From positions 115,754,001-115,818,000 of the forward strand of contig NC_042997.1 of the NCBI RefSeq assembly GCF_006345805.1: 64,000 nucleotides of DNA, in the 5' to 3' direction. Under the pieces are notes generated by a model. The model was given only the letters and a program-made list of their open reading frames with translations. It was not told where the DNA came from and searched no databases. Position numbers and translations under genes: made by a program. Below are positions 63,579-64,000 of this stretch, piece by piece. Position 1 is the first letter of the stretch. Each line of letters starts with the position of its first letter. This DNA is from Octopus sinensis. Taxonomy: Eukaryota.

Positions 63579-64000
63579 GTGTGTTGGGGAGACACACACA
63601 GACACACAAACATATACATACACATATAATATATATATATATATTATATGTGTGGTGTAATATTTGAGTGTCTGTGTTTGTCCCCACACATCGCTTGACA
63701 ACCGATGCTGGTGTGTTTACGTCCCCGTCACATAGCCGTTCGGCAAGAGAGAGACGATAGAATAAGTACTAGGCTTTTCAGACTAAAGGCGATGCTCCAG
63801 CATAGCCGCAGTCATATATATATATACGACGGGCTTCTTTCAGTTTCCGTCTACCAAATCCACTCACAAGGCTTTGGTCGGCTCGAGGCTATAGAGAAGA
63901 CACTTGCCCAAGGTGCCATGTAGTGGGACTGAACCCGGAATTATGTGGTTGGTAAGCAAGCTACTTACCACACAGCCACACCTACGCCAATATTTTGTTT
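63545..64000 (+). repeat. start of a fourth (U3-type) copy of the duplicated segment
   Basis: Matches 59120-59585, including U3-specific GTCACATAGCCG and GGAATTATGTGG. Confidence 0.8.

Overview
AT-rich, microsatellite-dense animal genomic DNA. The repeat families look cephalopod/octopus-like, which is an inference from sequence style only. No cellular protein-coding gene is recognisable, and almost all listed ORFs are translated microsatellites, SINEs or tRNAs. Main contents: (1) a proline-only tRNA cluster of 16 full-length tRNA-Pro genes (8 AGG, 7 TGG, 1 CGG; a few degenerate) plus two 3' halves. Twelve of the 16 lie in a 3-unit tandem segmental duplication at 35631-61113, and a fourth partial copy starts at ~63545. 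(2) Many tRNA-derived SINEs, including a 10x184-bp SINE-derived tandem array, plus RTE and R4-like LINE 3' ends, Tc1/mariner, Merlin-like and Helitron non-autonomous elements. (3) A 2.7-kb direct-repeat-bounded element encoding only a frameshifted gag/ORF1-like CCHC protein. (4) Most notably, two families of hammerhead-ribozyme folds. One is a complete type I fold (GUA cleavage site) in both arms of a ~215-bp inverted repeat at 9773-9987 and 12455-12668. The other is a minimal Penelope-type fold in six copies, two of which sit behind a tRNA-like Pol III head, suggesting a ribozyme-bearing SINE. All folds and alignments were done by eye and need computational and experimental confirmation.
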